DNA from: Takakia lepidozioides
Taxonomy: Eukaryota; Plantae; Bryophyta
NCBI GenBank assembly: GCA_030704615.1
Contig: CM060732.1
Coordinates: 12,400,001-12,464,000 of the forward strand
Length of the DNA: 64,000 nt
Direction: 5' to 3'
Shown here one piece after another: positions 36,391-48,095 of the stretch; the stretch's first letter is position 1, and each line of letters starts with the position of its first letter. The notes under the pieces were generated by a model. It ran no database searches. It was not told the DNA's origin and was given only the letters and a program-made list of their open reading frames with translations. The position numbers and the translations under genes were made by a program.

Positions 36391-39107
36391 CCAACCCATT
36401 TTTTTTCATTGTTGTCCCCTCTCTCCCTCTGTCTCCTTCTCTCCCTCTCCCTTTCTCTCCCACTCTCTCCCTCTCTCTTATTAACTTTTTCTACCCCCTC
36501 TTTCCCTCTGTGGTTTTTTTTTTTTTTTGTGAGCAGCACGAAAGAGAGGGAAGATAAAATGTCTTGTCGAGACATGGACAAGACCAAACAAGGTCTTTGT
36601 CAATTTTTACGACAAATGAGCCTCATAACGAGGCACTATCAATCATTCTCCATTCATAAACCAGTCTACTAACATACAACAAATCCCATGGTTCATGAAA
36701 TCTCTGGGTGGGGGGGGGGGGGGGGTGGGATTATATAAAAATCCGCATCAATATATGCTTCATTAAAATGCATGTCTAAACAGGGACCCAATCATGTATC
36801 ACACGTTTGGGTATGCTTTCAGATGTAACAAAGCAACTGTTCATAGCAGGGAAAACTTGTTTATCCTGCTAACATCACTCCCCAAGATTACATGAACACT
36901 CTGAAAATGAAGTTCCACTTATTATGTAATCTTATGGCCATATCAAAGCATCATACAGATTGTGAACCATTTACTCATAAGTGGTATGACCTCATACCTT
37001 GTTTTTTTGCCCCAGAACCTGGTTTAGGTCTGGGGCCATTGTATACATTGTGGTAACAAGGTGTTAAGTAGCAAACAATAGTACATATTGCTACTTTACC
37101 ACTGTGCAAAGCAAGGAAGCCAGTCTTCAGATTGCTGAATTTCATCACCCATGGTTACATTGTATATCTGCAGATCTTACTAAATGATATGTAAACATGG
37201 AATACAATCAGAAGATATTGATTATGTTCCATAATTTGGCTTCAGCCAAGTACAACGAGTATATATTCTAGCAAAATGTTTACCATATCACCAAGCATTC
37301 ATGGAGGTATAGAGAGATATACAGGGCCTGTACTAGCTTAATCCCTGATGTCTTAAAATCCCTCTAAACATATTGTCTGAGTTCAAAAAGATCTTTCAGG
37401 TTATTGTGCTGCTTGGTACATGCCATATCAGTAAAGCCAGTCTACCCTAGAGCCCGTTTTAGGTTTTGGGGTAATCTGTATCTGCTTCAGCAAGGTATTT
37501 GCAAGGTCACAAATAAGTAAAGAAGGACTGGAAATCAAATGGCATGCATCAGTCATCTTACATGGCCTAAAAACAAGAGATTGGTGTTCCCTATGTCCTC
37601 TTACTTGGCTGCCGATACCCTTCACGCCCAGCATCTTACCAGTACTATAAACCGAAAATAAAAGCTCAAGCTGGGCTGTAAACAGCAAATCCAACACCAT
37701 CATGTAATGTAGCAGAAATCAAAGGCAAGAGTCATTAATAGAACGTAAGTGTTCTAATAAAGCTCATCTAATGCATTGATGCTCAACAGAAAGAGCTGGA
37801 AGCATAGCCAGAAAGATCAAGATAAGGGGGTAGATTTGAATCAACTCCCTGAAGAAACAGCTTGAGTCGACTTCACTTCATCTTGCTAGGTTTCAATCAA
37901 TTGCAAGCTTCATGAATCATATTAAGTGAGGGCCCTCACCTGGTCCCATCACATGCAATAAAAAAAACAATGAAGTTAGTGAAGATGTGGAACCCCAGGT
38001 GAATATCAGGCCTCACGCTTGTTATCGTTGTACAACATGCGTTCAAAAGCAAGAAGAGATTAAAAGCAAAGCAAAGATTATCCACAACCTTAAGGGTTTG
38101 TGGAAGAGGATTCGACATAGCTCCAAGAACTCGGCAATCGACAGCACAAACAAGCAACGGTTTGCTGATTTCTACGAGCATTTTATCAGGTGAAGAGACT
38201 TCCTGAAAGTTTGAGAGCGGCGCTGGATCTTAATGACCATTGAACGGATCGACAAACAATCACTGCTTAGGGTAGATTGTCCGCCAAGGGAAGAGACAAC
38301 CTCATTGAGGGAATTGAAGCTCTGCCGCCATTGCATACCCCAAGGGGAATCGAAAAGTACTGGAATCTTGCCAGAGCACTTGCAGGCTGCCATAAAGCTT
38401 CTCCATAGCCATCAAATTCACAAGCTTCATGTTTAAATGAATTCACTGACACCATCGCTCAGCTCCAGCAGAATCAAAACGCATGCGTATCGTGCAGAGT
38501 TTTAGGGCGGAGAAAGAGATAGGGCAAACCTTCGTGATTTCATCCAAATTAGATGAAAAATAGGTAATGAGATGTAAAAAACTTCCCTGATTTCATCATG
38601 ATGTCATCTAGTAGGGATGGCATCCAAAATAGGGTCTGGCTTTCATTAGGGTTAGTTCTCATGACCAAAATCATCCAAAGAACCCGACTATCAGAGAATA
38701 TTCTTTAATGGAATTCATCCATTTTCATGATTATATCCAGTATGGATGAGATTTAAAATATGGTTTAGACATAAATAGTCCAAGCCTTCCTGGGTTTTGG
38801 AAAAAATACAAGCAAGTTCCTTGTATAGAGGGAGAGGGGGAGAGGGAGAGAGAGAGAGAGGGAGAGATCAGGAAACCAAAAATAAATAAAATGGGGAGGG
38901 GGGAGTGACTGAGCCCGTGGTGCTCAGCAGCTGCTAGTGGTGCTCAGTCACTCCCCCCCCACCTTTTTCTTTTCTCTTTGTTGCCCCCTCTCGAGACCCC
39001 GAGCACTTGCTGCTCTCAGCCCCCGACATGCTTGGTTTTTTTTTGTTTTTGATCTGGAATGTTCTTAATGAGGCCAGCTTGTGGGTTTGCATGACAGGTG
39101 CCAGCTT

Positions 39108-41340
39108 ATGGGGAAAGAGAAGAAGTCCCTTGCCCCAAAGAAAGGGGCGGACAATCCGTTTGCTCTGCCGGCACGTGTGACGCGCCAGGGCGTCTCACGG
39201 CTAACCAGCCCCGTCGACGGCCGCAGCCGGAGGGCTCGCCTGCCCCCAGAGGCCAGTACCCCCCCTCTTGTCCACATCTTGGATGCGCGAGGGGCCGGCT
39301 CAGCCAACTCTCCTATTCGGGAGGTTGTTGCTGAGACGGATGCTCAGTTGAGCACACCCCCGACCACCAAGACGGGTGAAATGTACCTTGGCAAGCACAT
39401 CACCCGTTCGGGGGCCCGGTATGGGCACCTTTTGGATGTCACCCCCATAGCGACCCCTTCCTCCGCAGCAAAGGCTGCACTTGCCAAGGCCCAACGTCAG
39501 GTTCAAGGGCCTTTGAAAGCCTCCATTGCCAGCCCATTGTTGTCGATGAGGGAGGAGGAGACGAGGAGGGCCAATGAAGTGGCCAAGATAGCGAAGCGCA
39601 TCGAAGAAGTCAAGCCGGGTGAGGGCTTCTACCCTGATACGCATTTGGGTCGGGGGGAGAGGAGGAGGTATGGGCCGGTTCGGAGTCACCTAACCGATCA
39701 GCGACACCGCCCCCTGAGCCTGAGCGGTCAGCGAAGAAGGGCCTGGACTACGGGGCGCCGCCGCCGGCTATGCTCCACATCTGGAATCTACTTCCAGTGG
39801 CGCTCCGGGAGGGGATAGAGCGGGCACATCCGGAAATGGGGACTCCTCCCACATCGGGTGACACCAGGGGCGAGTCGGACAAGCTTGCAAAGGTACAACT
39901 GTCGCACCTTGTTCCATGATTTATCCTTTCCTTTGCATGCATGATTTTCTTTGTTGTTTGTTTCTTTTTTTGAATTTGGAGGGGTTATTTGTCTTTAGGA
40001 GGCAGCAACATGGCTGGCCTCGTTGGTGCAGTCCAGTGGGGTTGCCAATGAGGGAGAGCACGTGGTGTTCATGAAGGACTCGAACACCAAAGGTAAGAAG
40101 ACGAGGCCTCGATCTCCCGAGATCCCTTTTACCATCAATGAAGGGGCTGCCGAGGAGAGAGAGAGAAGGGAGAGGGAGAAGGAGAGAGAGGAAGTAGCGG
40201 GGAAGGGGAAGGAGATGGTCGTGGAGAAGGGGAAGGAAAAGAAGAAAAAGAAAAAGAAGTCCCATGGAGAGGAAGGGGTGAGTGTGCATGCGGGGGAGGG
40301 CAGTGGGGTAACAAAGGAGCAGGGGAAGGAGGCTACAAAGAAGGGAGAGGGTGGGATGGCCTTTTGCGATACAGGACGTGGAGTTGGCAAAGATCGTGGT
40401 GCCACCAGTGGAGGTGAATCGCCATGGTGACCCCTGCGGTGCGTTCTGGGAGGCTATGAAGAAGCCAGCCTTCGAACTCGCATTGAGGTGGTTCCCTTTG
40501 CACATCGAGTGGGCTGATCAACACTTTGGCGCAAAGCGGGCGTATGCCCGTGAGTTAGACCGCCGGTTTCCGGGCAATTGGAGTGACACAAGGGTGATGG
40601 AGATGGTGGGGCGAAACTTGAAGGACAGGAGGTACCGTGCCAGATAGATCATTCGGAGGGCAATGGAAAAGGGGGCCATACCCAAACCACCTTATGGAAT
40701 TACACAGGTTGGCAAATCCTAAATCATGTCACCTTCCATTTGTCGCATGTGCATTAATGAGGTGGATTCGATGCAACGTATGTGGGTAATTCACTAATTT
40801 TGGGGGGGGGGGGATAGGTATCGTGGGATGCACTCATTGCGGGAGAGACTGATGCCACAAACAAGGCCAAATTTGACCCGGCACGCGAAGCAACAACAGT
40901 CCGCCTTGACAAGCACGAATCCACACACAAGTGGGGCGCCAGCGGATCCAAGGGTTTTATCTTGCAATTTGTAAGTTGTACTTCCCTATGGATTTTGTTA
41001 TGTCTTCTTTTTGGCTCCATTATCGCAAAGAACTGACTTTAATTTGTGGCATGTGTAGCAACGCGCGTTTGAGAGGAAGCCATCTCCGGTAGAGTACAAC
41101 TACGCCAAGGAGCATGGTTGGCAATCCCTCATGAAGAACATGGCCAACACAAAGGGGATGAGTGCACTACAGGGCACTAGTATGGATGAGGTCGAGGGTC
41201 ATGCCCAAGGATTGGATGAGAGCTCTGTGGGACTTAGGGGAACGCCGCCTCATTTACGTGCTCTGGCAAAGGGCGCGGAGTCATCAAGCTCATCGGATAG
41301 CTCTGAGTCCTCCTCTGAGGATGAGGATGATGATGACTAG
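39108..41340 (+). pseudogene. CACTA TnpA-like (Ptta/En/Spm) gene, multi-exon, disrupted
   Basis: VEVNRHGDPCG...IEWADQHFGAKRAY...F...NLKDRRYRAR*...PPYGITQVSWDAL...HKWGASG...ERKPSP resembles TnpA. GT-AG introns at ~39893-39998, 40708-40817 and 40971-41058. Premature TAG at 40645 and frameshifts. Confidence 0.65.
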
Positions 41341-43514
41341 TCCTAGTCCATGTAGGTCCCAGGGTCAGTCTACTGAACCTTTGTGAGCTTTTCAGCTCAT
41401 TTCTTGTAAATATATTTCCATCTTTCCATCTTCCATCTTATTCATGTGTCGCACCGTCCTCACCCTCGATTCTTGCTTGCTCAATTGTCAACGACGCAAT
41501 GGCGTGAGCGTTGCACGTGAGCGCGCGAGCGTACGCTCACGCCAGCTGACGTGGCGTGAGCCTGCACACACGCTGACGTGGCGTGAGTGTCATGTCAGCA
41601 TGCTGATGTGGCGGTAAATGATGACATGGCACAGTCCGTCATCTGCCACGTCAGCATTAACATGCGCCGCCTATAACCGTGGATGGTCCTATGACCGTGG
41701 AATTAATGCAGGGAATCTTGCCTAAATAGAATCAAGACGAGCGTTGAGGCCTACAATTGCAGCATCCAACATTGTGCAATTACAAATGCTTGTTTCACTT
41801 TTACAATTACGAGGACGAAAAAATATCCTCACAAAGTGTGCGCCATAAAGGCTGCCACAGGAAGACCTTCCTCCCTCCTCAAATAACAATGAGAGTTAGG
41901 ATCATCTTCAAAAGACGATTGTAGTGCACAGCGACAGCAAGACATGTAGACTTCGAACGGTGCAATGACAAATGTGCACTACCTAAAAGTTGTCACTCAG
42001 AGCTCACTCCGTATAGTTGGAGGCCATATCATTGCACAGCCGACAAATTGATGTGAATTACACATTTCAAATCATGGTCATCCACATCCCACATTACATA
42101 GTTCATGCTACCCATGTGTTGTATCCCGCTGCAATAGAGTATCGACCTCGGTGAAACTCATAGTGGCCTGGTGAATGAAGTTGTCACGTTTGGGATCGCA
42201 AACCATCCTCCTCAAAAATATGAAATACAAATGTTTGCAGGGTATGAATTTACCTCTCTTGCCCAAACTGGTTGATAGCATATTCACAAAATCAGGACAT
42301 GTGCAATTGGGGAAATTGGAAACCGTGATGTGTAGGTCCTGTCATAAACAGCAGATGTGGAAGTGATGATTGTGAATACCCGACCATATCCTGGATCGGG
42401 TACTTCCGTGGTGCTTCCAACACGAGCTTGGAGCATTCTTGCGGACTCCACTTTGCCAAAGTGTTCAGCGGTCGGAGGGAAACGTCGAACGAGCTTTCCA
42501 TCTCGTTTGGTTGGCCACAAGTCAGGATTTGCCGGGGGGACCCGGGAGGACGCAGAAGTAGTAGCACATGTATGGAGTTGGGGTTGTCTCGCAAGGGAAA
42601 AACCTGCCTCCTCCAGCATTTCAATCTCCTGAAAGCTGAGATGTGTTCCCACCTTCACCGGCCAAACGGTTGGAGGAGATGGCTTCATCACTACGGAAGG
42701 ACGCACAATTCCATGCACACATCTGGCACAATCATCTGCGCAGAACCAGAACTTGTGGTTCTTGGCTTCTGGTTGACCGTATGGACGTGTCGCGGCCCTT
42801 TGCCTTGAGGGCAGGGGGTCGGGACACATGAGGGCCTGCCCCTGTGGTGGGGGCAGCGGCAGCGATAGGTATGGGGGGGCTGAAGCACCCTTGAGTGCCC
42901 AAGGCACTCAGGGAAGCGGAGGCGCTCACTAGGTGGAGCCCCGCACACCGGGTTGCGGTGGGGGTGGCTCCACAAGGGGTGGTGGTAGCTTAGCGGGACT
43001 TAGTGGGGGTGGCATAGGACTCACCATGGGGTGGAGACCTCGTGGTGGGAGTCGTGGGGAGTCTTGGGACTCATCACGGCCCAATGGGGCCGTGGTGAGT
43101 GGGCCAAGACTCACCGCAACTCACCACCGGGAATTGAGGGTCTTCGTGGTGGTTCGCCATAAAATGGCATGGCTGGTTGTGAAACCCCCGCGGACAGCTA
43201 CAGAAGTATATATAGGGAGTAGTAACTCCGAGAACGGTGCAAGCCCGTTGGTGACCAAAAACTAGTGAGTAAGCGAGCGAGCCGGAAAGCGACCAAAGAG
43301 TGGGGAGCTGTTCCGGACTGCCATCTACCAAAGGGAATTCCACTAGGCCCAAATAGGTGGAGGGTCTTTCGGGGGAGCGAAGGGGGACCGTTATGTCCCG
43401 GTGAGCAGCCGAAGCTCCAAGTTGGCCCGGCGGCCGGTTGGGAGTCAGGCGTGCGCATCAAAGCGAGTAACTATGACTTGAGGGGGAGCTTACCGAAGTG
43501 AGGTGCGCGACACT

Positions 43515-43526
43515 TGGTATCAGAGC
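43515..43526 (+). other. Primer-binding site complementary to tRNA-iMet
   Basis: TGGTATCAGAGC 2 nt after the 5' LTR end. Confidence 0.9.
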
Positions 43527-43567
43527 TTAGAGTTCAGTACGCGATCATCCTTGGGATTGGCCTCATC

Positions 43568-46500
43568 ATGGGATCGGGCAAGCCGAAGCGAAAGCGGAAC
43601 AGCCCAAAAGATGATGATCCCGGTGAGCCCGATGGGGGCGGCGTGTCACCGAGGCGGCCGTTTGAGGAAGCGATGCATGTTTCCGAAAACGAGACCGCCC
43701 AAGAGCGGGAGGAATCCGAGGAGTCGGAGCCCGAAGAATCCTTGAGAGCTCCGACAAACCAAGAGATGCCTCCCATGCCGGCAGCCTTTTGGGAAGGGTT
43801 GTTGGCGCAGTTTGGCGGGACGTTGAAAGACGTGTTGAAGGCGGCTAATGCCACTTCCGCGAAGGCAAAGTTTAAGGTGAAGCCTAAGGAACCCGGCACC
43901 TTCGAGGGCGTCCGAAATCGGAAGGCACTCAACACCTGGCTCTTGGAGCTAGAGCAGTACTTCCGGGCGGCCAAGTTGAGTGACGAGGATTGGGTGGAAG
44001 TGGCTCCCACCTATTTGAGGGGCTATGCTCAACAATGGTGGCAGAAACGCCTTCACGACCGAGGTCCAAGCCCGGAAACCTTGAACTGGAGTGGGTTCAA
44101 GGAATTGATGAAGAGACAGTTTGTGCCCTCAACGCGTCCTGGCTCGCCCGGGACAAGATGAGGAATTTGAAGCAAACAGATGACATTCGGGGATATGTCC
44201 AGGCTTTCAATGTGCTGTTGCTCGAAGTCGCGGACATGGCAGAACCAGAAATGGTCTTCAACTTTGTGGCGGGACTGGCCCCATGGGCCAGGCGGAAGTT
44301 GGAGGAGAAGCCACCCAAGACTTTGAACGAGGCTATTGAGAGGGCTGAATGTTTCTCAGATGTCCCTAGGGGTGAAAGACAAGGCCGTACGGAGCTGAAC
44401 CACAAGAAGATTTGGCGGGAAGGTGACTCCTTCCGACCGGAAAAGAAGTGGGATAGGCCTTGCGACGAAAATGGCACGTGGAAATCGAAGGGAGGGCCTT
44501 CACACGTCAAGGCGGCACCCGGTGCTTCGAAAGCGGACAGAAGGCGACCTTTGATGGAGTGTGTTTCAATTGCGGGGAGCCCGGGCACATGGCCAAGAAG
44601 TGCACGAAGCCCCGGCAATTGAACATGACTCGGGCGACCACGGAGCTGTCGGAAGATACCATCAGTCGCTTGGTGGAAGCGGTGGTCGCCAGGACTTGCA
44701 AGGTAGGCAAATTTTCTTGTGAGTTGTATCAGAAAACTGGCGCCTTACGAAAAGGGAGTCAGTTATTGTTCGTGGATGGGATAATATCCGGAACTAATGT
44801 GTCGTTGTTGGTGGACACAGGAGCGTTGCACTCCTTCATGACACCGGCAACGGCACAAAAGCTGGGACTCCCGACAAGTGACGTGGGGGCCTCTATTGAG
44901 GTGCGTTCTGCCAAAGGAGAACCACAGTTGGCGACAAGGTTGGCGATTGATGTTCCTCTTCAACTGGGGAGTTGGGAGGGACGTGAGAACTTCACCATCT
45001 GCGAGATCGATGGAGTGGATCTCATTTTGGGGATGACATTTTTGAGCAAATCCGGAGCGGTCATAGATGGCCGCAAGAGAATAGTCACGCTGCCATGTGG
45101 GAATGGTGGCGAGGTTTTACGAGTGTCAGAAACGCCCAAATCCGTGGGAGGGCGAATAAACCTTCTGTCAGCAAAGGAGTGGGCCGTGGAGGAGGCACAC
45201 AAGCCCCAGTTTTTGCTTTAAATTAGAGAAGTGAAAGGAGAAGGCGATGGGGAGCCGAGCCCAGATTGGATCAAGGGGATTTTGGAGAAATACCAGGATG
45301 TGATGCCGGAGGATTTACCAAGCGGCTTGCCACCGCGAAGAGGAGTTGACCACAAGATTGAGGTGATACCGGGATCGGAACCGCCTGCCAAGGCGCCCTA
45401 CCGGTTGAGCCACAAAGAGTTGGTCGAGCTGAAGACTCAGCTCAAGGATCTAATGTCAAAGGGGTACATCCGGCCGAGTAAGTCACCTTACGGAGCCCCG
45501 GTGCTATTTGCAGACAAGAAGGATGGGACGCTACGGATGTGTGTCGATTACAGGGCTCTGAATAAGGTGACTATAAAAAACCGGTACCCTTTGCCAAGGA
45601 TCGACGACCTCTTCGATCGGTTGGCAGGAGCAAAGTATTTCAGCCGGATCGACTTGCGCTCCGGCTATCACCAAATTCGGGTGGCGGAAGGAGATGAGGA
45701 GAAGACCGCGTGCATGACAAGGTATGGTTCATATGAGTTCTTGGTGATGCCTTTTGGGCTCACCAATGCACCAGCGACATTTAGCACGCTGATGAACAGC
45801 CTTTTCCAGGAGTGGTTGGATGACTTTGTGATCGTGTACATCGACGACATCTTGGTGTACTCGAAAACAAATGAGGAGCACCTGGAGCACCTCAAAAGGG
45901 TGTTCCAAAAATTGCGGGAAGGGAAGCTGTATGCCAAAGCTTCAAAGTGCGAATTCGGGGTCACAAAAGTGGAGTTCCTGGGGCATGTGATTACACAGGA
46001 TGGGATCAAAATGGATGACAGAAAGGTGAGGGCGATCTTGGACTGGGAGCCTTTGACTTCAGTCCCGGGAGTGCGATCCTTCCTAGGACTCGCCTCCTAT
46101 TACCGGAAGTATGTGAGAAATTTCGCCAAGATCGCGGGGCCGCTGTCGGACCTTCTGTGTAAATCCAAAGTCTGGGTATGGAACACATTTTGTGGCCAAG
46201 CTTTTGCTGAATTGAAGCAGCGGATGACGGAAGCTCCAGTCTTGAAAAATCCCGGAGTTCGATCATCCGTTTGAGATTCATACAGATGCATCGGACTTCG
46301 CGATTGGGGGTGTACTTATGCAAGATGGACGTCCAGTGGCTTACGAAAGTAAGAAACTGAATGAAGTGGAGCGACGGTGGCCGACGCACGAAAAAGAGAT
46401 GAAGGCGGTGGTGCATTGCCTTGAGCTCTGGCGCCACTATGTTGGTTCCAACCCAGTGAAGGTGTTCACGGACAATGTCACGGTGAAGTATTTTGCACGC

Positions 46501-48095
46501 AGCCCAAGTTGTCCCCAAAACAACTTAGGTGGCAAGATACTTTGGCAGTGTTCGACGTGGATATCCAGTACAAACCGGGACGGACAATGTGGTGGCCGAT
46601 GCTTTAAGTAGAAAGCAGCAGCTCTTGTTGGTGTACAAGGGCGAGACGGCGCTCAAAGAAGATCCGGAAGGCTTGCCGGAAGGATGAGCTGGCAAAGTCC
46701 GTGATGCAGGACTGAGAATGGGGGTTAAAATGCAGTTCCACTTGCAAAATGGACTGCTCCGTATAAACAAAAACGTCTCTACGTGCCGAAGGGAGGGATC
46801 AGAGATAGCCTCTTGAGAGAATGCCATGATAGCCCGCTTGGGGCCACGGCGGAGCCAAGCGCACTGCGGCACTCTTGAAGAAAGAGTATTTCTGGCCCAA
46901 ACTGAGGGAGGAGGCAGAGGAGTATGTCAAGACATGCACACCACATGCCAACAAAACCGGAGCGAGTACAAAAAGCAAGCGGGGCTGTTACAACCCTTGC
47001 CGATTCCAGAGGGGACTTGGAAAGCGTCTCGATGGATTTCATGACTGCTATGCCGCTGTCAAAAGGATTCGATGCAATCATGGTGGTGGTAGATAGGTTC
47101 AGTAAAATGGGCCATTTCATCCCCACCAAGGAGACGACAACGGCGCAGGAGACAGGGCGACTTTACTTCGCCCACGTCTTAAAGCATCATGGAGTCCCGA
47201 AGGATATTGTCTCGGACCGCGATCCAAAGTTTACGAGTAAATTCTGGAGAACACTTTGGAAGAAGATGGGGACGAGGCTGAAGATGAGCACCGCCTTCCG
47301 ACCTACGACCGACGGCCAAACAGAAAGGGTGAATTCCGTAGTGAAGCAGATCTTGCGAAATTACGTGTCGGCAGACCAAAACAGACTGGGTAGAACACTT
47401 AGACGCGGCAGAGTTATGTTATAATAACACAGAAACACTCCGCAACGGGAGTGCCCCTTTCGTATTGGTCTATGGAAAAGCAACTTCTGGTGCCGACAAG
47501 TTGGGCCGCCCAGGACGTTGAGGAACGCGCAAGTAGCGGCGGTACTGGAAGAACGCGAGCGTTGTTGAAGCTCGCAAAGTACAACATTGCCAAAGCTAGG
47601 AAACGGTATGAAAGGCAGGCGAATCGGAAGGGAGGGAAAGTGAAGTTTGAGGCAGGCACAGAGGTCTGGTTGAACATCAAGAATTCCGACTACCTCCGGA
47701 AGTGAGTCCGAAGTTCGTACCTCTGTATGCGGGTCCTTTCGCATTCGGAAGGTTATGAATGAGGATGTGTATGAATTGGAGCTGCCGGCAAACAGCAAGG
47801 TGCACCCAGTATTCCATGTCCCCTTTTGAAGCCTTACTTCAAAGATGAAGCACGACCGAATCGGCATCAAGTGTTGCGTCCGCCACCTATGCTGTTGGAT
47901 CATGAAAATGAACCTGAGTACGAGGTGGAGGCAATACTTAAGTCGAGGAGGTTCAAGAACCGAGAAACGGAGTATTCGTCAAATGGAAGGGCTATCATCA
48001 TGTGGAGGCATCTTGGGTGCGTGCCTCAGAAATGGGAAACGCATCCGAGGCAGTTGCAGCGTTCGAAGGGCGACCTCAAAGCGGAAGAAACGTTG
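43568..48095 (+). pseudogene. gag-pol polyprotein of chromovirus copy 1 (stop at 45219, several frameshifts)
   Basis: ORFs 43514-44161, 43990-44622, 44460-45221, 45231-46274, 46924-47424 and 47826-48140 are collinear with copy 2. Confidence 0.9.

Larger units (their letters stand above)
28280..41488. mobile_element. Large CACTA (En/Spm) transposon; left TIR at 28280, right end not seen (interrupted by nested insertions from 41489)
   Basis: Begins CACTACAACAAA at 28280, followed by a dense GCGAC...GTCGC subterminal repeat block (28300-28870). Contains TnpD- and TnpA-like genes. Confidence 0.8.
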
